From positions 1 through 39,958 of the IMG/VR virus record IMGVR_UViG_3300042906_000754: a stretch of 39,958 bases of DNA; one strand, given 5' to 3'. The translations under genes were made by a program, and so were the position numbers. Numbering within the stretch: position 1 is the stretch's first letter; the number at the start of each line of letters is the position of its first letter. The stretch is from a virus. Its lineage: Duplodnaviria; Caudoviricetes. A model generated the notes under the pieces. The model was not told the origin of the DNA and did no database searches. It worked only from the letters and a program-made list of their open reading frames with translations. Positions 15,099 through 23,762 of the stretch are shown piece by piece.

Positions 15099-16823
15099 AT
15101 GTCAACACCTGACGACCACAAAAATCGCCTCATCCAGAAAATTCTCACCCAGACTTTGACGGAGCATCCGCTCCTGCCTCTACCGGACAAGCAGCAGCGC
15201 CGGCAGATGATTGAGAACGTGGGGCCTGAGGAGGTCGTCAGGCTCTTTGAGATGCGGGAGCAGCGCGTCAGGGCGGAGCAGGCGGATCCCCACAGGTACG
15301 GGACGGAGCTGGAGTGCTGGAAGGATGCTGACAAGATCCTTAACACCCATGCCGAGCTTCTCGTCCTTGGCGGGAACCGGGCAGGGAAGACTGAGTACGC
15401 CGCCAAACGGATGGCCCAGGCTTTCATTGGGACGGACCTCAACGGGCACTGCCCGGAGTGGGTGAACGAGAAGTTCAAGAAGCGTGGTGTCAACATCTGG
15501 TGCCTGCACCAGTCCAACGCCACCAGCGTGGCCATGCAGCAGAACGTCTTTCACAAGTACCTGCCGACCGAACTCAAGGAGGCCAAACGCAGCAAGACCA
15601 CCCATGTCAGTTGGACCCAGAAGAACGGGTTCTCCGACAACACGGCCGTCTACAACGGCAACCAGATCTGGTTCATGAACTACATGCAGGACATCAAGGT
15701 CGTGGAAGGCGGTGAGGTGGACTTTGTGTGGTGTGATGAGCTTGTCCCGGCGGACTGGCTCGAGACTCTGCGCTACCGGCTTGTCACTCGGAACGGGAAG
15801 CTGCTTGTGACCTTTACGCCGATTCAGGGGTACACCCAGGTGGTTAAGGAGTTCATTTCAACCTCGAGGATCAAGGAGTGGAAGGAGAGTGAGCTTCTGC
15901 CCAACAACAACGTCATCGGCGTTCCCCGCGGCAACATGCCCTACCTGGCAGAAGGCGTGTACGGGAAACATGGCTGCGTCTGGTTTCACTCGAAACTGAA
16001 CCCGTACAACAACTGGGAGCGGATGTGTCAGACCTTGTCCGGCCGCAGCACACACGAGATCAAGATCCGAGCCTACGGCTGGGCGGACCAGACTGCCGGC
16101 AGTCAGTTCCCGCTGTTTGGGGACTTCAACGTGTTTGCGGATCCTGTCACCGAACGAGCACCCATCGGGACCAACTACATGGTGGCCGACCCTGCCGGAG
16201 CGCGAAACTGGTTTATGCTCTGGGCCAGGGTGGACCCCTACGGCACCATCTGGGTCTACCGGGAGTGGCCTGACCAGAGCTACGGAGAGTGGGCTCTTCC
16301 CAGCGACAAGGCTGACGGCAGGGCAGGCCCGGCACAAAGGAGTGGAGCCGGCCGCGGCATCAACGAGTACACCGAACTGGTTTGGTCCCTAGAAACCCAT
16401 GCTGACAAACGCGAGGAGATTGCAGAACGCTACATTGACCCGAGAAGCGCAGGCACGGAGGCTACGACGAAGGAGGGTGGCATCACGCTGCTTGACCTGC
16501 TTATGGACGCTTCTGAACCGCTGTATTTTCAACCTGCCGCAAGTGTTTCAGTGGATGAACGTGTTTTGATTATCAACGATCTTTTGTGTTTCAATCGTGA
16601 AGCGGATATTGACATCAAAACAAATTATCCGCGGTTAATGGTGCATGAAAGCTGTCAGAACTTGATTTATTCTCTCAGGGAGTGGACCGGACACGACGGC
16701 CAGAAGGGGGCCTGCAAAGATCCGATTGACGCTTTGGGCTACCTTGTGGTAATGCAACCTCGCCACGTTTCGTCCTTAACTTCCAAAGAGTGGCAAAAGT
16801 TTAATAAGTGCGGCAGTTATTAA
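15099..16823 (+). CDS. terL: Terminase large subunit
   Basis: Walker A GGNRAGKT, Walker B FVWCDE, coupling motif TFTP, nuclease ADPAG and KDPIDALGY. Confidence 0.92.
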   Translation: MSTPDDHKNRLIQKILTQTLTEHPLLPLPDKQQRRQMIENVGPEEVVRLFEMREQRVRAEQADPHRYGTELECWKDADKILNTHAELLVLGGNRAGKTEYAAKRMAQAFIGTDLNGHCPEWVNEKFKKRGVNIWCLHQSNATSVAMQQNVFHKYLPTELKEAKRSKTTHVSWTQKNGFSDNTAVYNGNQIWFMNYMQDIKVVEGGEVDFVWCDELVPADWLETLRYRLVTRNGKLLVTFTPIQGYTQVVKEFISTSRIKEWKESELLPNNNVIGVPRGNMPYLAEGVYGKHGCVWFHSKLNPYNNWERMCQTLSGRSTHEIKIRAYGWADQTAGSQFPLFGDFNVFADPVTERAPIGTNYMVADPAGARNWFMLWARVDPYGTIWVYREWPDQSYGEWALPSDKADGRAGPAQRSGAGRGINEYTELVWSLETHADKREEIAERYIDPRSAGTEATTKEGGITLLDLLMDASEPLYFQPAASVSVDERVLIINDLLCFNREADIDIKTNYPRLMVHESCQNLIYSLREWTGHDGQKGACKDPIDALGYLVVMQPRHVSSLTSKEWQKFNKCGSY

Positions 16824-16827
16824 AGTT

Positions 16828-18945
16828 ATGCTCAACACCAACACGGACGTTTTAGCCATTGCGTCAAAGAACCCACATGTTGGGGAGCTCTTGAGCGAGT
16901 ACAATCGGGCGATGATCAACTCTTCCCAAGGGAACCTGATCACCAAGTTCGACAACATCCGGTTCTGCCGGTGGCCCGGGCAGACTGACGACGGCAAAAA
17001 GCACTCCGAGAACCGTTCCGAGGGAGACCCGGCCTGGCCCTTCGAGGGTGCCTCCGATGTCCGCACCCGGTTGATCGACGCTACCTGCAACGAGTTGACC
17101 ACCCTGCTTGTCGGGGCCTTTCAGAAGGCTGAGCTCCGGGCCAACGGGAACGAGTTGTCCGACATGCCGGTCTCCCAGATTGGGACGACTCTTCTTCGCT
17201 GGATCCGGGACTGCAAGATGCCCCAGCAACTCTACAAGGAGGCCACTCTGGCGGCTCAGTATGCCCTTCAGTACGGCTGGAGTGCGTTCTTCGTAGGCTG
17301 GCAGCAGAACATCAGCAAGAGGTCCCAGTCCATCACCATGGACCAAGTCATCGCTCTGGCCCAGCAATCCGGCAGTCCGGTGCTGATGGAGCTTCCGCAG
17401 CTCATAACAGGCGCCCCCGAGCAGGCCGCGGAGATCATGCAGACTGCCCTACCCACGTTGAAGGCCAGTGACGCCAAGCGGATGGTGCGCGAGTTGGCAG
17501 ACACCGGCGTGACCTCGATGGACGAGGAGTACGTCAGCAAGAATTTGCCCGAGATTGTGGCGCTCAAGCCCTGGGATGAGATCATTTTTCCGCCGGAGAC
17601 CGCGGATTTGCAGCGTTCCCGCGTGATTTTCCGTCGTACTTGGATGTCTGAGGTCGAATTGCGTGAAAAAATCACGACTGAAGGCTGGAATCCGGATTGG
17701 GTGGAGCGTGCGTTGCAGCAGTTGGGCAAATCCAGCTCCTACTACAACATCAACCTGCTCCCGACTACCACCATGATGGTTTACAACGGTGTAAACTACA
17801 TGAACATGGTCGAAGTGGTGTACTGCTACACCAAGAGCCTCGACGGCAACGCTCCGGCCATCTACTACACCGTCATCTGCCCTCAGGCAGCCTCAAACCG
17901 GCTCTCAGACGGCGATTCTTGGGCCATCCACGAGCGTTTGGACTACGCCCATGGCGAGTATCCCTTCGTGGAGTTCCGCCGCGAGCAGATCCGCCGGGCG
18001 ATTACCGACACCCGCGGGATCCCGGAGCTCGCCAGCACCGATCAAGACGAAATCAAGGCTCAGCACGACTCCATCCGGGATCACACGGCCTTCTCAACGC
18101 TGCCTCCGATCAAGGTGGTCAAGCGCATCGGCGCCATCAACAAGATCGGCCCAGGCGTGTCCCTGCCGGTTACCAGCCAGAACGACTACACGTTCATGGA
18201 GCCGCCAGCCCGTGAGCCCACCGTGGCGTTCAACCTCATCCAGCGCGTTGAGGCTCAGCATGCAGCCTACTTCGGCACCAACAACGGGAACGTGTCGCCC
18301 ATGACCACCCAGTTCCTTCAGCAGGCACTGGTCAACACATGGCTGCTCTCATGGCGCTCAGTGTTCCGGCAGATGTTCTCGCTGTGCTGCCAGTACATGG
18401 CGCCCGAGGAGATCCAACGAATCACCGGTGGCACACTGCCGCAGAACCTGTCTGAGATCCACAATGAGTTCGACATCAACGTCCGCTTTGACGTGATGAA
18501 TCTGGACAAGGAGTACATCGCCCAGAAGGTGGACTTCCTGACCAAGATCAAGCAGATGGACACCGGTGGCGTGCTTAACGCCAACAGGATCACCGAGATG
18601 CTCATTCAGGCCATCGCTCCGGAGATGGCTTCCGAGCTCATCCTCAACCAAGAGCAGGCATCTCAGAAGATGTTCAAGGACGTACAGACTGACATCGGGA
18701 TGATGCTGCTTGGAAACGAGGCGCTCTACCAAGAGAACGATCCCGCGGCGCAGACGAAACTTCAGTTTGCCCAGCAGGTTATGCAGAGCAATCCCAAGGC
18801 TCAGGCTGCGCTTCAGCAGGACCAAATCTTCCAGCAACTCTTCCAGAACTACGTTAAGAACTTGCAGATGAGCGTCATGCAGCAGCAGAACGCCCAGATC
18901 GGCAGGCTTGGCGTGACACCGATGCAACCGCAGCCCGGACAATGA
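16828..18945 (+). CDS. Portal protein
   Basis: 705 aa directly after TerL; WPFEGASD motif; Q-rich C-terminal coiled coil as in P22-like portals. Confidence 0.8.
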   Translation: MLNTNTDVLAIASKNPHVGELLSEYNRAMINSSQGNLITKFDNIRFCRWPGQTDDGKKHSENRSEGDPAWPFEGASDVRTRLIDATCNELTTLLVGAFQKAELRANGNELSDMPVSQIGTTLLRWIRDCKMPQQLYKEATLAAQYALQYGWSAFFVGWQQNISKRSQSITMDQVIALAQQSGSPVLMELPQLITGAPEQAAEIMQTALPTLKASDAKRMVRELADTGVTSMDEEYVSKNLPEIVALKPWDEIIFPPETADLQRSRVIFRRTWMSEVELREKITTEGWNPDWVERALQQLGKSSSYYNINLLPTTTMMVYNGVNYMNMVEVVYCYTKSLDGNAPAIYYTVICPQAASNRLSDGDSWAIHERLDYAHGEYPFVEFRREQIRRAITDTRGIPELASTDQDEIKAQHDSIRDHTAFSTLPPIKVVKRIGAINKIGPGVSLPVTSQNDYTFMEPPAREPTVAFNLIQRVEAQHAAYFGTNNGNVSPMTTQFLQQALVNTWLLSWRSVFRQMFSLCCQYMAPEEIQRITGGTLPQNLSEIHNEFDINVRFDVMNLDKEYIAQKVDFLTKIKQMDTGGVLNANRITEMLIQAIAPEMASELILNQEQASQKMFKDVQTDIGMMLLGNEALYQENDPAAQTKLQFAQQVMQSNPKAQAALQQDQIFQQLFQNYVKNLQMSVMQQQNAQIGRLGVTPMQPQPGQ

Positions 18946-19193
18946 CACAGAAAGAACGCGCAGCTTACGGCTTTGCCGGCAAGAACCACATCTGGGATCA
19001 AATTATTGAAACGATCCAGCAAATGCAGGAACAAATGTGGATTCACGCAATCAGCAATAACGTAAAAGGAGAAGACCGTATTCACGCTTGCGGTCAGGCG
19101 GATGGCGTAAATTTGGTTTATTCCACGCTTTTAACACTTAGACAGGAAGCATTGAAATTAAATGGCTTGACTGAAGAAAAAGATTTGGCATAA
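18942..19193 (+). CDS. Small hypothetical protein between portal and scaffold
   Basis: ATGA overlap; 83 aa helical protein in a position common in podophages. Confidence 0.65.
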   Translation: MTQKERAAYGFAGKNHIWDQIIETIQQMQEQMWIHAISNNVKGEDRIHACGQADGVNLVYSTLLTLRQEALKLNGLTEEKDLA

Positions 19194-19256
19194 CGCCAAT
19201 AACGGCCCTTCCAGCGTTACTGGATTGTAATTAAAGGCACTTGCGACCTTAACCGC

Positions 19257-20240
19257 ATGAACGAACAAGAAATTGGATCACAGCCTGACGCCGGGAGTCA
19301 GGAGGCAGCAGAAAATCCCGTTGCTCAAAAACTCGGTTTAATGGACGAGAGGGACCTTAGCGATCTCTTAAAATCCAGCTTCCTTAACGAGGAGGAGGCA
19401 GCTCCGGCCACACAGGAGCAGGAACCGGAACAGGCAGTGGATTCCTCTGGCGAGGACGATCAGCTTGCGGACGACGATTCCGAACAGCACGACGGCAGTT
19501 CTTTGACACGGGGTGTCCAGAAGCGCATCAGCAAACTTGTTGCTGCGAAGAAGGCTGCCCAATCGGAATTGGAAGCACAGAAGGCGCAGTTGGCGCAGCT
19601 TCAGCAGGAATTGGAGTCCCTCAAGACTTCAGCGCCTGCAAAACAGCAGGCTCCCAGCGAATTTGCAGAACAACTCGACACACCTGAAAAGGTGCAGAGT
19701 GAATACGAAAAAGCTGTGGAGGTTTTGTTGTGGTGCGAGGAAAACCTTGATGGAGGCGTAATCACGTTGCCTGACGGCACGGAGCACGAGCTCTCTGACA
19801 AGGAAGTCCGAGCGATGAAGCGCACTGCTCTGAAGCGCAAGGAGGTCGAGCTTCCTGCAAGACTGAACTACCTGCAACAGCAGGCTCAGGCAGACTCGCA
19901 GACCTTGACTGACTTCCCTTGGTGGAACAAACGGGAAACTGAAGAGTACCAGGTTGCTCAACAGATTCTTCGTGACTTCCCTGAGGTTAAGCGCAGGCCG
20001 GACTGGAAGCACCTCACTGGGTTGGTTGTGTTGGGGGCCAAGACTTACGCCGAGATGAAGGCCAAGTCAAAAGCACCACAGCAGCCGATCAGAAGGGCGC
20101 CTGTACAGCCTGGAGTCACCAAGGCTCCTCCAACCGCTTCCGGCAATTCCGATGCGTCAAAAGCAAAGCAGCAGTTCGCAAAAACTGGTGGCAGTCGTGA
20201 TGGGCTAACTGACCTAGTCAAAGCAATGAACTTCGTTTAG
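19257..20240 (+). CDS. Capsid scaffolding protein
   Basis: Acidic N-terminus, GVQKRISKL coiled coil, directly before the capsid gene. Confidence 0.7.
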   Translation: MNEQEIGSQPDAGSQEAAENPVAQKLGLMDERDLSDLLKSSFLNEEEAAPATQEQEPEQAVDSSGEDDQLADDDSEQHDGSSLTRGVQKRISKLVAAKKAAQSELEAQKAQLAQLQQELESLKTSAPAKQQAPSEFAEQLDTPEKVQSEYEKAVEVLLWCEENLDGGVITLPDGTEHELSDKEVRAMKRTALKRKEVELPARLNYLQQQAQADSQTLTDFPWWNKRETEEYQVAQQILRDFPEVKRRPDWKHLTGLVVLGAKTYAEMKAKSKAPQQPIRRAPVQPGVTKAPPTASGNSDASKAKQQFAKTGGSRDGLTDLVKAMNFV

Positions 20241-20275
20241 TTCACGCAGTAAAACGCAGTAACTCACTCACTCTT

Positions 20276-21358
20276 ATGGCTTCTCTAACTGAACCCAATC
20301 TCTCCGGCCGCGGTAAACGCGAAGACCTCATGGACATGATCGCCTTGGTGGACGCCAAGGACACGCCGTTCACGTCCATGGCCAAGAAGGGCTCCAAGCC
20401 CGGCAACATGTACTTCCGCTGGCAGTCTGACAGCTTGCCGACTCCTCAGGTTGGCGGCACGCCGGACGGTCTTGACGTGAACCTCACGACCGGCGTAAGC
20501 AACTACGTTGTTGGCTACCGCTCTGAGCTTTCCAACTACGCGCAGATCTACCGCCGCGCTGTCCGCGTGTCCAAGCTGACGCAGGACATCGCTGACGTGG
20601 CTGGTGTGCGTGATGAGCTGGCTGACAACGTCGCCAAGGCCATCACCGGGATCAAGCGTGACATGGAAGTCACGATGACCTCGAACCAGGTCTCCCAGCT
20701 TGACACCGGCGACCAGACCACTGCGTACCGCACCGCGGGGGCGCAGACCTGGATCAGCAACGCCGGCACCGGCACGCCTACTCCCGGCGACATTCCCTCC
20801 ATCTTCCGCACTCCGACGACCTCGATCGTTGGGACCGGAACTGCGCTGGGAACGTCCCTGACGGACGCGGTTGTGCAGGGCCTGCTCAAGTCGATCTTCG
20901 ACCAGACCGGTCACTACACCAGCTTCGACTGCATCGTCGGGACGGACCTCAAGCGTGCCTTCACCGGCCTGCTGGGGACGACCTCCCTGACGACCACCTC
21001 GACCGTTGGTGTGACTGGCGCCGGGGCAACAAAGGTGCAGACCTTCCAGCGTGACGCGGCCGCGGACACCTACATCCAGAGCTTGGATGTGTTCCAGGGC
21101 GATTTCGGCACGGTGCGCTTGCATCCGACGACCTTTATCGGCACTGTCGGTGGCAGTCCGTTCGTGTGGACGCCCACTCCCTACAAGGGCTTGGTGCTCG
21201 ACATGAACCTCCTCGAAGTCCGTTACGGTGGCAACGTCGCTCAGGTGACTCCGCTCACCGACAACGGCGGTGGCCCCGGCCGCCTCGTTGAGGCTGTTGC
21301 TGGTCTGGTTGTCGGGAACCCGCTGGGTCTCGGCAAGTTTGACTACAACGCGGCCTAG
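20276..21358 (+). CDS. Major capsid protein (SU10/DUF5309-like)
   Basis: REDL.D.I..V...DTPF.S, W..D.L, NY.QI....V.VS, IKRDME; strong codon bias. Confidence 0.85.
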   Translation: MASLTEPNLSGRGKREDLMDMIALVDAKDTPFTSMAKKGSKPGNMYFRWQSDSLPTPQVGGTPDGLDVNLTTGVSNYVVGYRSELSNYAQIYRRAVRVSKLTQDIADVAGVRDELADNVAKAITGIKRDMEVTMTSNQVSQLDTGDQTTAYRTAGAQTWISNAGTGTPTPGDIPSIFRTPTTSIVGTGTALGTSLTDAVVQGLLKSIFDQTGHYTSFDCIVGTDLKRAFTGLLGTTSLTTTSTVGVTGAGATKVQTFQRDAAADTYIQSLDVFQGDFGTVRLHPTTFIGTVGGSPFVWTPTPYKGLVLDMNLLEVRYGGNVAQVTPLTDNGGGPGRLVEAVAGLVVGNPLGLGKFDYNAA

Positions 21359-21369
21359 TAGCTTCCTCC

Positions 21370-21440
21370 GCGACACCTGCGCCGACGCGATTACGGTTGC
21401 GTTTCTTTAAGTGGTGTGACACTCCGGAGAGACGGAGACA
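21370..21440 (+). ncRNA. Structured RNA motif copy B
   Basis: GCGACACCTGC...TGGTGTGAC-A-CTCCG-GAGAGA-CGGAG; internal hairpin ACGCGAT/GTTGCGT. Confidence 0.65.
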
Positions 21441-21562
21441 ATTTGTGCAAGCGAAGGATTTGTAGCAGCCTTGTTTTTAGAGGGAACAAGCTGTGACCCT
21501 TGGGCACAATGAACCTGACAAGGCTAGACGGGAAACCGTTCCTCAAACCGTTGGGTCGCTTT

Positions 21563-21638
21563 GCGACACCTGCCGCTGGCTCCATGCCGGCGCCACCTTA
21601 GCCGGTGGAGTGGTGTGACATACGGAGAGACGGCTACA
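21563..21638 (+). ncRNA. Structured RNA motif copy C
   Basis: GCGACACCTGC...TGGTGTGAC-A-TACG-GAGAGA-CGGCT; internal hairpins GCTGGC/GCCGGC and CCACC/GGTGG; terminal stem weakened. Confidence 0.6.
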
Positions 21639-21643
21639 GAATT

Positions 21644-21726
21644 GCGACACCTGCCTCCCTGTAATGGGGTGCAAGGACCGGGATACTCGGTCGAAGAATG
21701 GTGTGACAGCCGGAGAGACGGCTCCA
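21644..21726 (+). ncRNA. Structured RNA motif copy D
   Basis: GCGACACCTGC...TGGTGTGAC-AGCCG-GAGAGA-CGGCT-CCA; internal hairpin GACCGGG/CTCGGTC; ends 1 nt before the tRNA. Confidence 0.65.
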
Positions 21727-21727
21727 T

Positions 21728-21802
21728 AGCGAGGTAGAGCAGTGGTAGCTCGCCAGTCTCATAAGCTGGAGGCCGAAGGTTCGATTCCTTCCCTTGCAAC
21801 CA
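21728..21802 (+). tRNA. tRNA-Met(CAU), initiator-like, CCA encoded
   Basis: Cloverleaf: acceptor AGCGAGG/CCTTGCA, D GAGC/GCTC, anticodon CCAGT-CTCATAA-GCTGG, T GAAGG-TTCGATT-CCTTC, then ACCA. Confidence 0.92.
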
Positions 21803-21806
21803 TTTT

Positions 21807-22043
21807 ATGACCGTACTTCCAACCCCAATAATTCCACAACTGATTCAACGATACACCAACACGCTGCCGCCTGCCGGCCTGCTCATTCTGGCGACCAGAA
21901 AGCCGGCTAGCAGTGGCCCTGAGGGCACAAACGGGTCAGCCATGCCGCCGGCCACGATAAACCCGTACAGCGGAATTTACGACGCCAACGGCAAACTCCC
22001 GCGGATCCCTGGCCCCGGCACAACTTTTATGGCCCACGCATGA
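21807..22043 (+). CDS. Hypothetical protein (Pro-rich, 78 aa)
   Basis: ORF 4 nt after the tRNA; ATGA-coupled to next gene. Confidence 0.55.
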   Translation: MTVLPTPIIPQLIQRYTNTLPPAGLLILATRKPASSGPEGTNGSAMPPATINPYSGIYDANGKLPRIPGPGTTFMAHA

Positions 22044-22363
22044 TCAGTATTCCTGAACATCTCATCGGACAGCTTGAGGCTGAACTTCGCCGCGGTTGGG
22101 AGCGGAACAAGATCGACGCTGCCATCGAGGCAAAACAGAACGCTAAATTCAACCAGATGCGGCACAAGTCCGTTGAAGGTCTTGGTCAAAAGATTGCAAC
22201 GATTCCTGCAACAGCTTATCATTTTTGGGGACAGAAACTGGGATATGGTTGCTGGAACGACAAACAGTTCATGGATGAGTTTTTGCGTGACAACCCGGAG
22301 TGCCGTGTGAATAGTGGCGGCACCAAAGAAATCCAAGTTGGTTGGACTCCGCCTAGCAAATGA
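22040..22363 (+). CDS. Conserved hypothetical virion-module protein
   Basis: A.IP...Y..W......W.D..F...FL.DNP pattern common after podophage capsid genes. Confidence 0.7.
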   Translation: MISIPEHLIGQLEAELRRGWERNKIDAAIEAKQNAKFNQMRHKSVEGLGQKIATIPATAYHFWGQKLGYGCWNDKQFMDEFLRDNPECRVNSGGTKEIQVGWTPPSK

Positions 22364-23556
22364 AGACCGTACCGTTCAGCGCAATCCTTGCCGAGTCATG
22401 CCAGCTTATTGGCCTCGACAGGAACACGCTGAACGATAAGTCGTTTGCGGCGATCCGGGATTTCACAAACCGGCGCCTCTCGATGATATGGGACCGAGAG
22501 GACTGGCCGGACATCCAGCAGGTTCAACAGGTTTGGCCTGGCACCCACATCACCAACGTCGTTGCGGATCCGATCGAGCTTCTCACTGAAGCCGGAAACG
22601 AACTGCTTCAGGAAAACGATGACCCGATATTCACTCAAAATGCGGAAAATACGATTCCTGTCGTCATTACGCTTGATCCTAATTATCCAAGGATTTATCT
22701 GCGCGATTTTGCTGAGCAGGCTTGGCAGAAAGGAACAATCGGAGACACGAACGTCAACATCATAAATCCGTTCTTCATCCTGCAAGAGGATGGCAGTCTG
22801 ACCAGTGCAGACGCGGAGCAGTACACGTTCGAGTACACCGTCGGGGACGCGACTACCGACCCGTACATCACTTCGGTCACCATCCAGATGCCCTGGGGGA
22901 CACCGCAGTGGACGGCCATCAGCGGCTCCACGCTCGAGTTCGTCAAGAACCCGCAGCCGATTGTGGTGGTTTCCGGACAGGCTATCGGATGCTGGAACGG
23001 AGACCCGCGGAAGACGTCCCGCATGAACAACGAGTCCTTCGTTGTGGAGAACATGCCGGACCTCGATATCTCGACGAATTCTTTGTTCGAGAACTTCAGT
23101 CAGGATCTGTTCGTCCTGCGGTTTGCCAACTTTGGCACCAAGTTTGTCCTGCTCCGGGCCAACGCCCCCTTCTTGTTTGGCACCCGGTATGACTCCACCT
23201 TGCCCTACGCTGCGGGCTCACAGGTGTACTACGACCCGGGCCAGAGCAGCTCTGCGTACAATCCGCCCAGCAAGAACCTGCCGGTGGCAGGCAACTTTTG
23301 GAACGCCATTGAGAACGTGCTGGTGGACACTCCTCCGGAAAACCCCAGCTTTGATTGGAGCCTTGTGGGGATTCCCTTTCGGTTCAAGGGCTACCTCGTC
23401 AACTCTGTTGCGGCGGACTTCATGCGCTCTGAAGGCCGGCCGACCGAGGCGGACTCGCTCGAGAGCATGGCTGAGTTTGCGGTCCAGCAGCAGATTGACG
23501 TATTGATCCGTCAGCAGGGCCAGATTCAACGGATGAACATGGTTTACACTTACTGA
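22360..23556 (+). CDS. Putative head-tail adaptor (tail tubular protein A-like)
   Basis: Position; N-terminal helices ending IWDREDWP; C-terminal IP..F..YLV..VAAD. Confidence 0.55.
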   Translation: MKTVPFSAILAESCQLIGLDRNTLNDKSFAAIRDFTNRRLSMIWDREDWPDIQQVQQVWPGTHITNVVADPIELLTEAGNELLQENDDPIFTQNAENTIPVVITLDPNYPRIYLRDFAEQAWQKGTIGDTNVNIINPFFILQEDGSLTSADAEQYTFEYTVGDATTDPYITSVTIQMPWGTPQWTAISGSTLEFVKNPQPIVVVSGQAIGCWNGDPRKTSRMNNESFVVENMPDLDISTNSLFENFSQDLFVLRFANFGTKFVLLRANAPFLFGTRYDSTLPYAAGSQVYYDPGQSSSAYNPPSKNLPVAGNFWNAIENVLVDTPPENPSFDWSLVGIPFRFKGYLVNSVAADFMRSEGRPTEADSLESMAEFAVQQQIDVLIRQQGQIQRMNMVYTY

Positions 23557-23557
23557 T

Positions 23558-23761
23558 ATGATTACCAAGTTTATCAGAAAGCGGAATCAAGATCCCACAA
23601 AGGCTTTCAATAAAAACTTTGCCAGAATACAGGTTTCTGGTAACAGTCAGACCTTTCAATTTAAGAAAACCGTCCCGGCATCTACTGGCGCTGATTTATT
23701 GACGACAGAAGCGGGATTTAATTTGACGACCGAAAGCGGACTTCGACTTACACTTGGTTAA
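23558..23761 (+). CDS. Small hypothetical virion protein
   Basis: LLTTEAGFNLTTESG motif, similar to LLTEAGNELLQE in the adaptor. Confidence 0.55.
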   Translation: MITKFIRKRNQDPTKAFNKNFARIQVSGNSQTFQFKKTVPASTGADLLTTEAGFNLTTESGLRLTLG

Positions 23762-23762
23762 T

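Noticed and set aside
20285-21376. 363-aa minus-strand ORF and similar long antisense ORFs (e.g. 30408-31526, 32130-33362, 37396-38514)
   Set aside because: They mirror well-supported + strand genes with GC-rich third positions and have no motifs; shadow ORFs.
21370-21726. CRISPR or TIGR-like guide array
   Set aside because: Units have two conserved boxes, unequal self-folding inserts and irregular spacing, and no Cas or Nop-domain gene was recognised.
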